A stretch of DNA of 64,000 nucleotides, taken from assembly GCA_050014195.1 (NCBI GenBank), contig JBEKDT010000009.1, positions 32,001-96,000 on the forward strand, written 5' to 3'. This document shows, piece after piece, positions 1 to 9,010 of this stretch. The stretch's first letter is position 1, and the number at the start of each line of letters is the position of its first letter. This DNA is from Desulfomonilia bacterium (GTDB taxonomy: Bacteria > Desulfobacterota > Desulfomonilia > UBA1062). The notes beneath the pieces were generated by a model that made no database searches, was not told the origin of the DNA, and saw nothing but the letters and a program-made list of their open reading frames with translations. The translations under genes and the position numbers were made by a program.

Positions 1-246
1 TCACGAAGACATCCGGCAAGCCGAGGCCTTCAAGAAAAACCCTGATGGCGTAATTCCCATAGCCTTTTTCCGCCATGAGCAGGGCCCTGCGCCTGGCATA
101 CTCATAATCGTCAAGATACCCCAGCTCATTGATCCGGGCCATGACAGCCTCGATCACCTCGTCAGGGGCACCTTTGACTTTCAGTTTTTTTTTAGCTCAA
201 AGGTGGAGACGGCCCTCCGGGAAATGACCGCTAACGCATAGCGCAC
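1..246 (-). pseudogene. recX: RecX regulatory protein, 5' part (runs off the window), with an apparent 1-nt frameshift in an A9 run
   Basis: The minus strand reads VRYALAVISRRAVSTFELKK, then (after the T9 at 185-193) LKVKGAPDEVIEAVMARINELGYLDDYEYARRR in the next frame, i.e. RecX motifs. Lies downstream of recA-pilT. May be a sequencing error rather than a true pseudogene. Confidence 0.75.
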
Positions 247-250
247 ACCC

Positions 251-1432
251 TCACTCGACGTCGCGATACTTGCCTTGCTGGTAGATGGTCGTCTTTGCGA
301 GCGCATCGTTTTCCTCTTCCTTTTCCTCTTTTTCGAACTGATCCCACTTGCTGTCGGACGTGCCGCGAATACCCTTCATACGCAGTGCGAAGTCGTTGGG
401 GTTGGTGGCGTTGCGCATGGCCTCGTGGTAACTGACCCTGCCGTCATTAACCAGAGACATGAGTGACTGGTCGAATGTCTGCATACCGTAGGACACGGTT
501 CCGTCGGCTATGGCATCCGCGATCTCGCCGGTTCTGTTCTCATCGATAATGCACTCGCGGACCAGGGCCGTGGATACCAGTATCTCGGCCGCAGGCACCA
601 CACCCTGGCCGTCGATCTTGGGCAGCAGCCTCTGGGATATGGCCGCCTTCAGCACGCCCGCGAGCTGGAGCCTGATCTGCAGGTGCTGGTGCGGCGGGTA
701 CTGGGAGACGATACGCATGATGGTCTCTTTTGCATCCAGGGTGTGCAGGGTGGAAAACACGAGATGACCGGTCTCGGCTGCGGTGAGTGCGATATCTATG
801 GTCTCACGGTCGCGCATCTCGCCTACGAGGATAACATCCGGGTCCTGCCGCAGCGCTGCGCGAAGCGCCATTGCAAATGAGTTCGTGTCCGAGCCCACCT
901 CGCGCTGGTTGATAATTGACTTGCGATCCCGGTGGAGGAATTCGATGGGGTCCTCAATGGTAATCACATGGCAATTGCGGGTCGTGTTGATGTGGTCCAC
1001 CATGGCGGCCAATGTAGTGGATTTGCCGGAACCGGTGGTGCCGGTGACCAGGATGAGGCCCTTACGTTCAAGGCTGATACGCTTGAGCACCTCGGGGAGA
1101 TTCAGATCATCCAACTCCGGGGGATCGGTCGGCACGATCCTGAACACCATACCGTAGCTTCCCCTCTGCTTGAAGCAGTTGACCCTGAAGCGGGCCACAT
1201 GGGAAAGGCTATAGGCGAAATCTATCTCGTTGGTGGTCTCGAACTTGGCCTGCTGATACTGGTTCATGATGTTGTAGGCTATCGCATAGATGTCTTCGTT
1301 GGAGAGCTTGTTATGGTCACGCATGGGGATAAGCGCGCCGAACCTCCGAGTCACCGGCGGCAGCCCAACCTTGAGATGCACGTCGGATGCCGTGCTGTCG
1401 ACTGCATGTTTCAGTATCGGGTTAATATCCAT
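251..1432 (-). CDS. pilT: Type IV pilus retraction ATPase (PilT/PilU family)
   Basis: ASDVHL, GTTGSGKSTT Walker A, TIEDPIE, LRQDPDVILVGEMRD, AETGHLVFSTLHT, GMQTFDQ. Confidence 0.93.
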   Translation of the reverse strand: MDINPILKHAVDSTASDVHLKVGLPPVTRRFGALIPMRDHNKLSNEDIYAIAYNIMNQYQQAKFETTNEIDFAYSLSHVARFRVNCFKQRGSYGMVFRIVPTDPPELDDLNLPEVLKRISLERKGLILVTGTTGSGKSTTLAAMVDHINTTRNCHVITIEDPIEFLHRDRKSIINQREVGSDTNSFAMALRAALRQDPDVILVGEMRDRETIDIALTAAETGHLVFSTLHTLDAKETIMRIVSQYPPHQHLQIRLQLAGVLKAAISQRLLPKIDGQGVVPAAEILVSTALVRECIIDENRTGEIADAIADGTVSYGMQTFDQSLMSLVNDGRVSYHEAMRNATNPNDFALRMKGIRGTSDSKWDQFEKEEKEEENDALAKTTIYQQGKYRDVE

Positions 1433-1451
1433 CTCTTTCTCCTAAGGCAGG

Positions 1452-2468
1452 CTAGCTTAGGGCATCATTAGCGACGATGTAGTTCTTTTTCACGGCTTCA
1501 GCGATCTCCTGGAAGATCTCCGGATGATCCCTGAGGAACACCTTGGCAGCCTCCCTGCCTTGGCCCAGCCGCTGTTTGTTATACGTATACCATGAGCCCG
1601 CCTTTTCAATGATGTTCTTATCGGATTGGCTTGCCACATCCAATAGCTCTCCGTAACGAGATATCCCCTCACCGAACATGATGTCGAACTCAACCTCTTT
1701 AAATGGCGGGGCCATCTTGTTCTTGACCACCTTTACGCGGGTCCGGTTTCCGATGACTTTGTCGCCGTCCTTGATGGGCCCGATGTTCTTGATCTGGAGC
1801 CTCACGCTCGCATAGAACTTCAGCGCGTTACCGCCTGTCGTGGTCTCGGGGTTTCCGTAGAGCACCCCTATCTTCTGGCGCGTCTGGTTGATGAACACGG
1901 CTGTTGTCTTGGTCTTGGAGATGGCTCCCGAGAGTTTGCGCAGGGCCTGGGACATGAGCCTGGCCTGCAGGCCCATGTGAGAATCACCCATGTCGCCCTC
2001 AATCTCGGCCCTTGGGACCAGGGCCGCGACAGAGTCGATCACCACGATATCTACGGCATTGGACCTCACCAGGGTCTCGGCAATGTCCAGGGCCTGCTCA
2101 CCCGAGTCGGGTTGGGAGACCAGGAGGTCGTCGATGTTAACCCCGAGCTTCTGGGCATAGCTCACATCCAGTGCATGCTCTGCATCGATGAATGCAGCCA
2201 CACCGCCTTGGGCCTGGGTGGATGCAATGCAATGGAGCGACAGGGTGGTCTTGCCTGAGGATTCCGAGCCGTAGATCTCCGTCACCCTCCCCCTGGGGAT
2301 GCCGCCGATGGCAAGTGCTTCAAAATCAAGCAGGAGTGACCCGGTGGAGATAACAGGCACACCCTTGCCGATGGCATCCGAGCCCATGCGCATAATGGAC
2401 CCCTTGCCGAATGACTTCTCGATCTTGGATATGGCATCTTCCAATGCCCGTTTCCTACCTTCTTCCAT
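1452..2468 (-). CDS. recA: Recombinase A
   Basis: [57 protein letters not shown]. Confidence 0.99.
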   Translation of the reverse strand: MEEGRKRALEDAISKIEKSFGKGSIMRMGSDAIGKGVPVISTGSLLLDFEALAIGGIPRGRVTEIYGSESSGKTTLSLHCIASTQAQGGVAAFIDAEHALDVSYAQKLGVNIDDLLVSQPDSGEQALDIAETLVRSNAVDIVVIDSVAALVPRAEIEGDMGDSHMGLQARLMSQALRKLSGAISKTKTTAVFINQTRQKIGVLYGNPETTTGGNALKFYASVRLQIKNIGPIKDGDKVIGNRTRVKVVKNKMAPPFKEVEFDIMFGEGISRYGELLDVASQSDKNIIEKAGSWYTYNKQRLGQGREAAKVFLRDHPEIFQEIAEAVKKNYIVANDALS

Positions 2469-2470
2469 CT

Positions 2471-3022
2471 CTATCCTCCTTTAACTCCCAGACTACTTCT
2501 ATGGAGAACGGTGTACTGAGCGCCGCTGGGTAACAATACACTGCGATACAAAAGGACCTCTGGTGCATTGAATATTCCCGTAACAGATTCGATTGAAAGA
2601 TCTACCATAGTTGGTGCCTTTAGTCTACCCAGGGTGATGTGGCCTGAAAAGGGCCTTTTCTCCTTGGCAATGCCGTATGCGGTGCATAGCTTATCTATGT
2701 TTGCAGTCAATTGAGAAATCTCCTGCATGTCTCCTGCAAGCCCCACCCAAACTACTTTTGCACGCTTAACGTTTGGGAATGCACCGAAGCCTGCAAGCGA
2801 CAGGTTCAGAGGCGGGCATAGGGAAGCCGCTGTATCAAGCTCGGCCGAGAGCGGGGCGACGGTCTCTTCACTGATGTCTCCCAGAAACTTCAAGGTAATG
2901 TGAAGCACCTCGGGCTTCACCCACCTCACGCCGCGGTTTTTGGCCTTGAGCAGGATAATTGCCGAATCTACAGATGCCTTGATGTATTCAGGAATGGGGA
3001 TCGCGATAAATGTCCTGATCAT
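2471..3022 (-). CDS. thpR: RNA 2',3'-cyclic phosphodiesterase (2'-5' RNA ligase family)
   Basis: RTFIAI start and two HxT motifs ([14 protein letters not shown]); canonical position between cinA and recA. Confidence 0.92.
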   Translation of the reverse strand: MIRTFIAIPIPEYIKASVDSAIILLKAKNRGVRWVKPEVLHITLKFLGDISEETVAPLSAELDTAASLCPPLNLSLAGFGAFPNVKRAKVVWVGLAGDMQEISQLTANIDKLCTAYGIAKEKRPFSGHITLGRLKAPTMVDLSIESVTGIFNAPEVLLYRSVLLPSGAQYTVLHRSSLGVKGG

Positions 3023-4091
3023 TAATAAGGTTTCTTAGCATAAACAACGCGATTTTGGCACTGATCATCTTATTGCCGTCCCGGTCAAAGGAGAACTGTC
3101 TCATCTGTGAGACCTGATGATTCTTTGTGCCCACACAGACCCACACCGTGCCCACAGGCTTTTCCAGGGTTCCTCCGTCTGGTCCTGCTATGCCGGTCAC
3201 GGCCATGCCGACATCCGCCCCGGTGAGCCTGAGCGCGCCATAGAGCATGGCTCGGGCTACCTGTTCGCTTACTGCGCCGTAGCGATCAAGGTCGGATTTG
3301 TCGACCCCAAGGACATGAGCCTTCATATCGTTGCTGTAGGATACGACAGAACCGATGAAGTAATCGGAACTGCCGGGCACCTGGGTGATAAGATGCCCGA
3401 GAAGCCCGCCGGTGCAGGACTCTGCAGCAGTACAGGTGAGACCCCTTGCCCTCATGAGATCGCCGAAGGTGCTTGCCAGGTCTTTGCCCTTAAGGGCATG
3501 GATGCCCAGGATAGACCGTATCTGTGCCTCCAAAGAAATAGGTACCACCAGGGCGATCTCCTTTTCCCTGGGCAGATAGCCGCATTTCTCGGCCAATGGC
3601 CCGATGCGCTCGGCGATCTCCACTTCCCGCAATCCGAAGACCGGGATCTCTTTGGTGGCGGGGATGTCACCTCCAAGCCCCTCGATCACGAGCGGGAACA
3701 TGGCAAAGGATTCTTTTGGCACCCCCGGGAGGAACACCACTCGGGTGCCGTCGAACCTGAGGTCGATACCCAGGGCGGAGCCCACGGGGTTTGCGATCTG
3801 CCCTTCAGAAGTCGGCTCTAGACGTTTTTTCAGTGCTTCAACGGCAGGTCTGGTCGTATCATCCGGGGTCAGGCCGAGCCCGCCGGTGACTACAATAAGA
3901 TCGGCCTGACCAACGAGTTCAAGAATGGTCGAGCAGAGCCTGTCCGGGGCATCAGAGATCATCCTCACCTCGGCAACCGTTATCCCTTTTGCAAAGAGCC
4001 GGGCGGCAAAGGGCTGGACAAGGGCGTCGGTACGCCTGCCGGTGATGATCTCACTCCCGGTGATGACGAATGCCGCATTCATGGGTTTCAC
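2988..4091 (-). CDS. cinA: CinA family protein (MoCF-like N-domain plus PncC NMN deamidase)
   Basis: TGSE, TGGLGLTPDDTT, LPGVP, AESCTGG, PGSSDYF, YSN, GAVSE, TGIAGPDGG. Confidence 0.9.
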   Translation of the reverse strand: MKPMNAAFVITGSEIITGRRTDALVQPFAARLFAKGITVAEVRMISDAPDRLCSTILELVGQADLIVVTGGLGLTPDDTTRPAVEALKKRLEPTSEGQIANPVGSALGIDLRFDGTRVVFLPGVPKESFAMFPLVIEGLGGDIPATKEIPVFGLREVEIAERIGPLAEKCGYLPREKEIALVVPISLEAQIRSILGIHALKGKDLASTFGDLMRARGLTCTAAESCTGGLLGHLITQVPGSSDYFIGSVVSYSNDMKAHVLGVDKSDLDRYGAVSEQVARAMLYGALRLTGADVGMAVTGIAGPDGGTLEKPVGTVWVCVGTKNHQVSQMRQFSFDRDGNKMISAKIALFMLRNLINDQDIYRDPHS

Positions 4092-4543
4092 ACAATCTTC
4101 CTGGTCAGGTGCAGGACAAGAGCGGCCATTATCCCTGCAGCAATGTCGTCGGCCATGATCCCTACTCCGCCTTGCACCCGTTTGTCTATGGTCCCCACAG
4201 GCGGCGGCTTGACAATGTCAAAGAACCTGAAGAGTGCGGTGCCGATGATGATGTCTTTCAGCCGGGTAGGCCGTGAGATGAGCGTGACGAGCAGTCCGCA
4301 GACCTCATCGATCACCACCCGTGGCGGGTCTTTGCCCCATTCATGCTCCATCTTCCCGGCCGCAACAGCACCAATAATAATGAGCAGGGCGGTAATGACC
4401 AGGTAGCATGCAAAGGGAAGCCTTCGCATAACAAGATAGAGGGGCAACGCCGCTATGGTGCCGAAGGTGCCGGGCGCCTTCGGAAGATTGCCAGCGCCGA
4501 AAAAGGTAGCAATGACTTCCATGATGTGTCTAGGCCTATCCAT
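4088..4543 (-). CDS. pgpA: Phosphatidylglycerophosphatase A
   Basis: APGTFGT, DP.RVVIDEV.G, LFRFFDIVKP, GGVGIMADDIAAG. Confidence 0.93.
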   Translation of the reverse strand: MDRPRHIMEVIATFFGAGNLPKAPGTFGTIAALPLYLVMRRLPFACYLVITALLIIIGAVAAGKMEHEWGKDPPRVVIDEVCGLLVTLISRPTRLKDIIIGTALFRFFDIVKPPPVGTIDKRVQGGVGIMADDIAAGIMAALVLHLTRKIV

Positions 4544-4548
4544 TCTTC

Positions 4549-4899
4549 TTAGTGCGGGTCCTTGATTTTTTCGATCTCGCCGATCAGCTTTTTTAACGGT
4601 CCTGCGATGAGACCATCCATTTCAGTAAGCATCCCCTGGAATCGATTTACGATTGTTTCGCCTTGAGGGGTAAGATGGGCACCTATTCTTCCGTGCCTGC
4701 CTTTTTCCATAAGGTCGATCCCGAGCCGGTTTTCAAAATCCCTCACCTTGCCCCATGCCGCCCGATAAGACATCTTGAGAATTTGGGCGGCCTTTTGGAG
4801 AGAGCCTTTGTCCCTGACCAGGACAAGCAACTGGTATATCCCTATACCAAAAACATTTTTTCCATCTTTTTCAATCCATATCTTATACCGGAAATCCAT
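4549..4899 (-). CDS. Stand-alone ModE N-terminal winged-helix regulator
   Basis: KIWIE...FGIG...GSLQKAA..LKMSYRAAWGK...LTP.G motif; no TOBE domains; ATG at 4899 chosen as the start. Confidence 0.82.
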   Translation of the reverse strand: MDFRYKIWIEKDGKNVFGIGIYQLLVLVRDKGSLQKAAQILKMSYRAAWGKVRDFENRLGIDLMEKGRHGRIGAHLTPQGETIVNRFQGMLTEMDGLIAGPLKKLIGEIEKIKDPH

Positions 4900-5018
4900 A
4901 TCAGCGGAATAGCATGAAGTGCCGGAGAGTTCAATACATCCCAAGGAGACGATAGTTGTTGATTCACAAGGCCCGAATACGATATGAAGATTCTGAAAAA
5001 TAAGTCAGGGAGCTTCTC

Positions 5019-6311
5019 ATGAAGGCATGTCCGATATCGAAATTTTCTCATCACATAAGTGAGACGGTTACTGTCAAGGGATGGGTCGCCAACCGGAGAT
5101 CGAGCGGCAAGGTATCCTTTCTGATTATACGCGACGGATCCGGAGCCTGCCAGGCCATTGCAGAGAAGGAGGTCATGGGCGATTTCTACGAAGAGATCAG
5201 GAAACTGCCGTTAGAGTCCTCGGTGGTTGTCACAGGGAACGTCGTGGAAGAACCCAGGTCACCCGGCGGCTATGAGTTGCATGTTTCGGGCATGGAAATC
5301 CTGCAGAAATCGGAAGAATTCCCCATCGGCAAGAAGGAGCACGGTCCGGACTTCCTGCTGGGGATACGCCACCTGTGGCTGCGTACACCCAGGCAGGTCG
5401 CTATTATGCGGGTTCGTGACGCGCTGGTCAGGTACGTGCGAGAGTTCTTTTATAAGAACGATTTCACCCTTATCGACACCCCCATCTTCACTACCACCGT
5501 AGGTGAGGATTCATCAAATCTCTTCTCGGTGGAATACTTTGATCTGGGGAAGACCTACCTGTCGCAGACAGGACAGCTCTACCTCGAGGCAGCCATCTTC
5601 GGTCTCGGCAAGGTCTACTGTCTGGGGCCTACCTTCAGGGCCGAGCGCTCCAAGACCAGACGGCACCTCACGGAGTTCTGGATGGTAGAGGGTGAGATGG
5701 CCTTCTTCGAACATAAGGATAACCTGGAGCTCCAGGAGAACTTCGTTTCGGCCATCGTGCAGAACACCATCAGAGAAAAGGCCGATGAACTGAAAAAGCT
5801 CGAGCGCGATATCGAGCCCCTGAAGAAGGTGGAGCCGCCGTTTTTCAGGGTTACCTATGACGAGGCAATCGAGATTCTGCATAAGCATGGCTCAGACATT
5901 CAGTGGGGCTCCGACCTGGGTGGGGACGATGAGACCATCATCACGCAACTTTTTGACAAGCCCGTGTTCATCGAGTGTTATCCCAAGAAGACCAAGGCCT
6001 TCTACATGAAACAACATCCTGAAAGGTCCGAACTCGTCCTGTGCGCTGATCTGCTGGCCCCGGAAGGCTATGGTGAGATCATCGGCGGATCGCAGCGCGA
6101 AGACAACCCGGAGATACTTATGAAATCCATCCTTGATAATGGGTTGGACCCCGAGCGCTATGGGTGGTACTTCGACCTCAGAAAGTACGGCAGCGTGCCG
6201 CATTCCGGGTTCGGTCTCGGCATAGAGCGGACTCTTTCGTGGATCTGCGGGCTCAAGCATGTACGCGAGACCATCCCCTTCCCGAGGATGCTCTATAGGG
6301 CATATCCGTAA
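5019..6311 (+). CDS. asnS: Asparagine--tRNA ligase
   Basis: OB-fold N-terminus, YLSQTGQLYLE, PTFRAERSKTRRHLTEFWM, GEIIGGSQRE, PHSGFGLGIER. Confidence 0.96.
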   Translation: MKACPISKFSHHISETVTVKGWVANRRSSGKVSFLIIRDGSGACQAIAEKEVMGDFYEEIRKLPLESSVVVTGNVVEEPRSPGGYELHVSGMEILQKSEEFPIGKKEHGPDFLLGIRHLWLRTPRQVAIMRVRDALVRYVREFFYKNDFTLIDTPIFTTTVGEDSSNLFSVEYFDLGKTYLSQTGQLYLEAAIFGLGKVYCLGPTFRAERSKTRRHLTEFWMVEGEMAFFEHKDNLELQENFVSAIVQNTIREKADELKKLERDIEPLKKVEPPFFRVTYDEAIEILHKHGSDIQWGSDLGGDDETIITQLFDKPVFIECYPKKTKAFYMKQHPERSELVLCADLLAPEGYGEIIGGSQREDNPEILMKSILDNGLDPERYGWYFDLRKYGSVPHSGFGLGIERTLSWICGLKHVRETIPFPRMLYRAYP

Positions 6312-6316
6312 ATAGA

Positions 6317-6493
6317 TTCTGTCCTTTCTTTTAGTGCTAAAAGAAAGGACCAAAGAAAACGCACCCCAAGAACCCGCCCTAAAGGGTCCGTTCGCTCGCT
6401 TGGAAAATCCGGGCAGCGGCTAACTCGCTTCGCTCGAACATGAGCCGCTTTCTTCCTGAATTTTCCTGCACTCGCTCACCGGGTTCAAGGGGA
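6317..6493 (+). repeat. ~177-bp palindromic MITE/REP-like element, copy A
   Basis: Terminal hairpin GTCCTTTCTTTTAGTGCTAAAAGAAAGGAC; highly similar to the reverse complement of 7512-7698. Confidence 0.85.
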
Positions 6494-6532
6494 CCCATAA
6501 CCCCCATATGCATCACGGTAGATTTAGATTTT

Positions 6533-6558
6533 GTAGGGGCAGCCCTTGTGGCTGCCCT
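6533..6558 (+). repeat. GTAG-type REP-like hairpin
   Basis: GTAGGGGCAGCC-CTTGT-GGCTGCCCT. Confidence 0.6.
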
Positions 6559-6564
6559 TTACTG

Positions 6565-6592
6565 TGTCATCCCCGCGGAAGCGGGAATCCAG
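6565..6592 (+). repeat. REP-like unit TGTCATCCCCGCGGAAGCGGGAATCCAG
   Basis: 27/28 identical to the reverse complement of 56726-56753. Confidence 0.75.
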
Positions 6593-6719
6593 TCTTTTTA
6601 TTAACTTTCTCAATCTGGATAATTTCAAGAATAGAGAGTATTAGGTTCTATGTGGCATGATAATGCACCCCTGATCCTCCAAAACACCACACAGGAAAAA
6701 GTAGCACGCATGTGCCCTG

Positions 6720-6797
6720 AATATCCGGATATACGGCAATTGTGCTTCGGATAACTACTTATGTGAAGCACAATTGCAGTATAGTTATTGTTAGCGC
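6720..6797 (+). other. attI-like cassette insertion site 1
   Basis: Long inverted repeat TATACGGCAATTGTGCTTC...GAAGCACAATTGCAGTATA followed by GTTATT-GTTAGCGC; same terminal motif as 12011-12047. Confidence 0.55.
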
Positions 6798-6807
6798 AGG
6801 ATAAGAC

Positions 6808-7443
6808 ATGATTGACTACGGCAGATTCCCTGAATACTACAAGAACTACACGTGGTCCGGTAAGCATGTGCTGTTTGGCTATCCCCCGGACTCTTTTCCT
6901 GAGTTCAACTGGATTGCGTCTCTTGAAAAGAGGTTCCAGTGGGTGACGAAAAACTGGGCAGCTAACAGCTCGGCATCGAAATATCTCCTTCAAGAGATGA
7001 TCGAATGGGGAGGTAGCCAAAACGGCGTTCTGCAGAAATTCAACGACGCAAGTGGTGAAGTCAATTTGTTCGAGACCCTCGCCGATGTTGTTGATAACCT
7101 ATCCACCCCTGAACTGGCTATTAGTTCCGCCCTTCGCTTGCCTGGCCTTGGCTTAACCTATGCTTCAAAGCTTCTCCGGTTCATGGAACCTGCGACATAT
7201 GGTGCTCTCGATTCGAAAATCAGAGAAGCCCTCAAAGACGATGGGAAACTCCCGAAGATATACGACGGTAACCATAACAGCATGGTGTCTGGCTATGTTC
7301 GGTTCATCAATCTATTGGAGGAAATAAGCGCAGTTTTGAAGCAGAAAGGAATTACGAAGCCAGTCTGCAACCTGAGTGACAACGGTAGCTGGCGAGCGTG
7401 TGAAATCGAAATGGCGCTGTTTTGTTGGGCAGGAAATCAGTAA
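6808..7443 (+). CDS. Hypothetical protein, HhH DNA glycosylase (OGG-like) fold suspected
   Basis: WGG motif, HhH-like LPGLGLTYASKLLRF, P..YGALDS, C-terminal EIEMALF. Confidence 0.55.
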   Translation: MIDYGRFPEYYKNYTWSGKHVLFGYPPDSFPEFNWIASLEKRFQWVTKNWAANSSASKYLLQEMIEWGGSQNGVLQKFNDASGEVNLFETLADVVDNLSTPELAISSALRLPGLGLTYASKLLRFMEPATYGALDSKIREALKDDGKLPKIYDGNHNSMVSGYVRFINLLEEISAVLKQKGITKPVCNLSDNGSWRACEIEMALFCWAGNQ

Positions 7444-7445
7444 AG

Positions 7446-7513
7446 GCGCTAACAACGGCATGAAGCGGATCGTGTCCCTGGCGGGCCACTCCCTCTTATG
7501 CCGAGCGTTTTTC
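7446..7513 (+). other. attC recombination site 1
   Basis: R'' GCGCTAAC; L'' GGCAT(G)AAG pairs with L' CTTATGCC leaving one extrahelical G; ends GAGC-GTT (7507). Confidence 0.82.
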
Positions 7514-7698
7514 CCCTTGAACCCGGTGAGCGAGTGCAGGAAAATCCGGGGGAACAGCGGCGTCTGTCTGAGCGGAGTGAAACGAAGCGAGTTCAGCCGC
7601 GGCCCGGATTTTCCAAGCGAGCGAACGGACCCGAAGGGCGGGTTCACGGGGTGCCTTTTCTTTCGTCCTTTCTTTTGGCACCAAAAGAAAGGACAGAA
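7512..7698 (-). repeat. ~187-bp palindromic MITE/REP-like element, copy B (inverted relative to copy A)
   Basis: Reverse complement aligns end to end with 6317-6493, with a diverged middle. Confidence 0.85.
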
Positions 7699-7770
7699 AA
7701 ATATATTCTAAAAAGAAAAAACACCACTTCATTAACCGAAGTGATGGGGGATGAGTTTGAGAAAAAAGGC

Positions 7771-7845
7771 TGGAGCGGGAAACGGGATTCGAACCCGCGA
7801 CTTTAACCTTGGCAAGGTTACACTCTACCACTGAGTTATTCCCGC
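7771..7845 (-). tRNA. tRNA-Gly(GCC)
   Basis: Reverse complement GCGGGAATAACTCAGTGGTAGAGTGTAACCTTGCCAAGGTTAAAGTCGCGGGTTCGAATCCCGTTTCCCGCTCCA: cloverleaf, GCC anticodon, encoded CCA. Confidence 0.97.
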
Positions 7846-7855
7846 GCCATCGCCA

Positions 7856-7884
7856 CTTATATGCAAGAGGCCTTTTTTTGTCAA
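7856..7884 (-). promoter_or_regulatory. Sigma70-type promoter of tRNA-Gly
   Basis: TTGACA-17 bp-TATAAG on the minus strand just upstream of the tRNA. Confidence 0.75.
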
Positions 7885-8092
7885 GGCACATTTCCCCGGG
7901 ATAATAATATCGCATGATGGCTCTACAAGACCAGTGACAGACGATCCGTCTTTAGAGGATTCATTTGGGATCGGCCCCATGTCCATTGACAAAATTCCAA
8001 GAGACATTACTAAAAAGAGAATGGAGACATGTTCCTTTGTTTAAGGTGGCCGGTTCAACATCGGGGGAATCGTTTCAGATTTGAGGTGGAAT

Positions 8093-9007
8093 ATGGATGA
8101 AAAACAATCGAGCACAAGTGCCTCTATGGAATTTTTCCAACCTTTGATGGCCATGGTGAACCAGTTTTTATCCGGGCTTCCCGGCATGATGTCCGGCCAA
8201 AAAATGAGCGAGCGAGAGGCCAAGCCGGATAGCCACTCACGATTTTCACCGGATGCCCTGCTCTCCATTATCAAGACCTGGGGGACCTTATCTTCAGCCA
8301 TGAGTGAGCCGTCTGCAACCGGAGCTATCGCAAGCGGCATGGCCTCCCTGCCCGATATCATGTCCAGGTTCTTCCAGACAGGCATGTCGGGCTTTTTGAA
8401 GATCCATGAACAGACCGCAGACAAACTCAAGGACCTTGGAAAACGCACCGAGGCCTATAGGTTCGAAAACCTGGACCAGGACAGCATCAAGGTATGGTCC
8501 GACTTTTATGACAAGGAGATCCGCCAATACCTCAGAGTCCCCCAGCTCGGGCTGGTACGTTTCTACCAGGAGAGGTTTTACCAGACCATTGACAAGTTCA
8601 ATGTCTTTTCCACCACCTTAGCCGAATTCATGCATGTCCTCATGCTCCCCATGGAGAAGACATTCATGGTCTTGCATGATAAGATCGAGGAACAGATCAG
8701 GGAGGGCAAAACCCCTGAAGACCCTCACGAATACTACCGATTGTGGGTGAAGATCCTCGAAGGCCACTACATGACCTTGTTCAAGACTTCCGAGTACACC
8801 AAGGCCCTGTCCGATACATTGAAAACGTATGAGGAATACTTAAGCGCCCGCAACCAAATCGTTACGGATGCCATGCAGTCACTCCCCATACCCACGAACA
8901 AGGACCTCGACGACCTTTACGATGAGCTCTATCACCTCAAGAAACGGGTTAAGGATCTGGAAAAGGCGAACAAGGACCTCAAGAAGTCAGCTGCATCAGG
9001 AGGCTAA
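8093..9007 (+). CDS. phaE: Class III PHA synthase subunit PhaE
   Basis: PQLGLVRFYQE, YYRLWVK, C-terminal LPIPTNKDLDDLYDELYHLKKRVKDLE; directly upstream of phaC; GAGGTG SD before the ATG at 8093. Confidence 0.88.
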   Translation: MDEKQSSTSASMEFFQPLMAMVNQFLSGLPGMMSGQKMSEREAKPDSHSRFSPDALLSIIKTWGTLSSAMSEPSATGAIASGMASLPDIMSRFFQTGMSGFLKIHEQTADKLKDLGKRTEAYRFENLDQDSIKVWSDFYDKEIRQYLRVPQLGLVRFYQERFYQTIDKFNVFSTTLAEFMHVLMLPMEKTFMVLHDKIEEQIREGKTPEDPHEYYRLWVKILEGHYMTLFKTSEYTKALSDTLKTYEEYLSARNQIVTDAMQSLPIPTNKDLDDLYDELYHLKKRVKDLEKANKDLKKSAASGG

Positions 9008-9010
9008 GTT

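Larger units (their letters stand above)
6790..7513 (+). mobile_element. Solitary integron gene cassette 1
   Basis: Core site GTTAGCGC (6790-6797) is the exact complement of GCGCTAAC (7446-7453) that opens the downstream attC; single ORF in between. Confidence 0.82.

Noticed and set aside
251-2468. pilT sitting between recA and recX
   Set aside because: Known arrangement in deltaproteobacteria such as Geobacter; not novel.
6593-6720. Possible intI remnant upstream of cassette 1 (and 11713-12010 upstream of cassette 2)
   Set aside because: Only very short ORFs; no tyrosine-recombinase motifs (RHSFATH, TTMIYTH) recognisable by eye.
7771-7845. tRNA-Gly as an integration site for a genomic island
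   Set aside because: No duplicated tRNA 3' end or integrase seen in the window.
7312-7915. Several 100-140 aa ORFs
   Set aside because: They overlap attC, the repeat element and tRNA-Gly; spurious.
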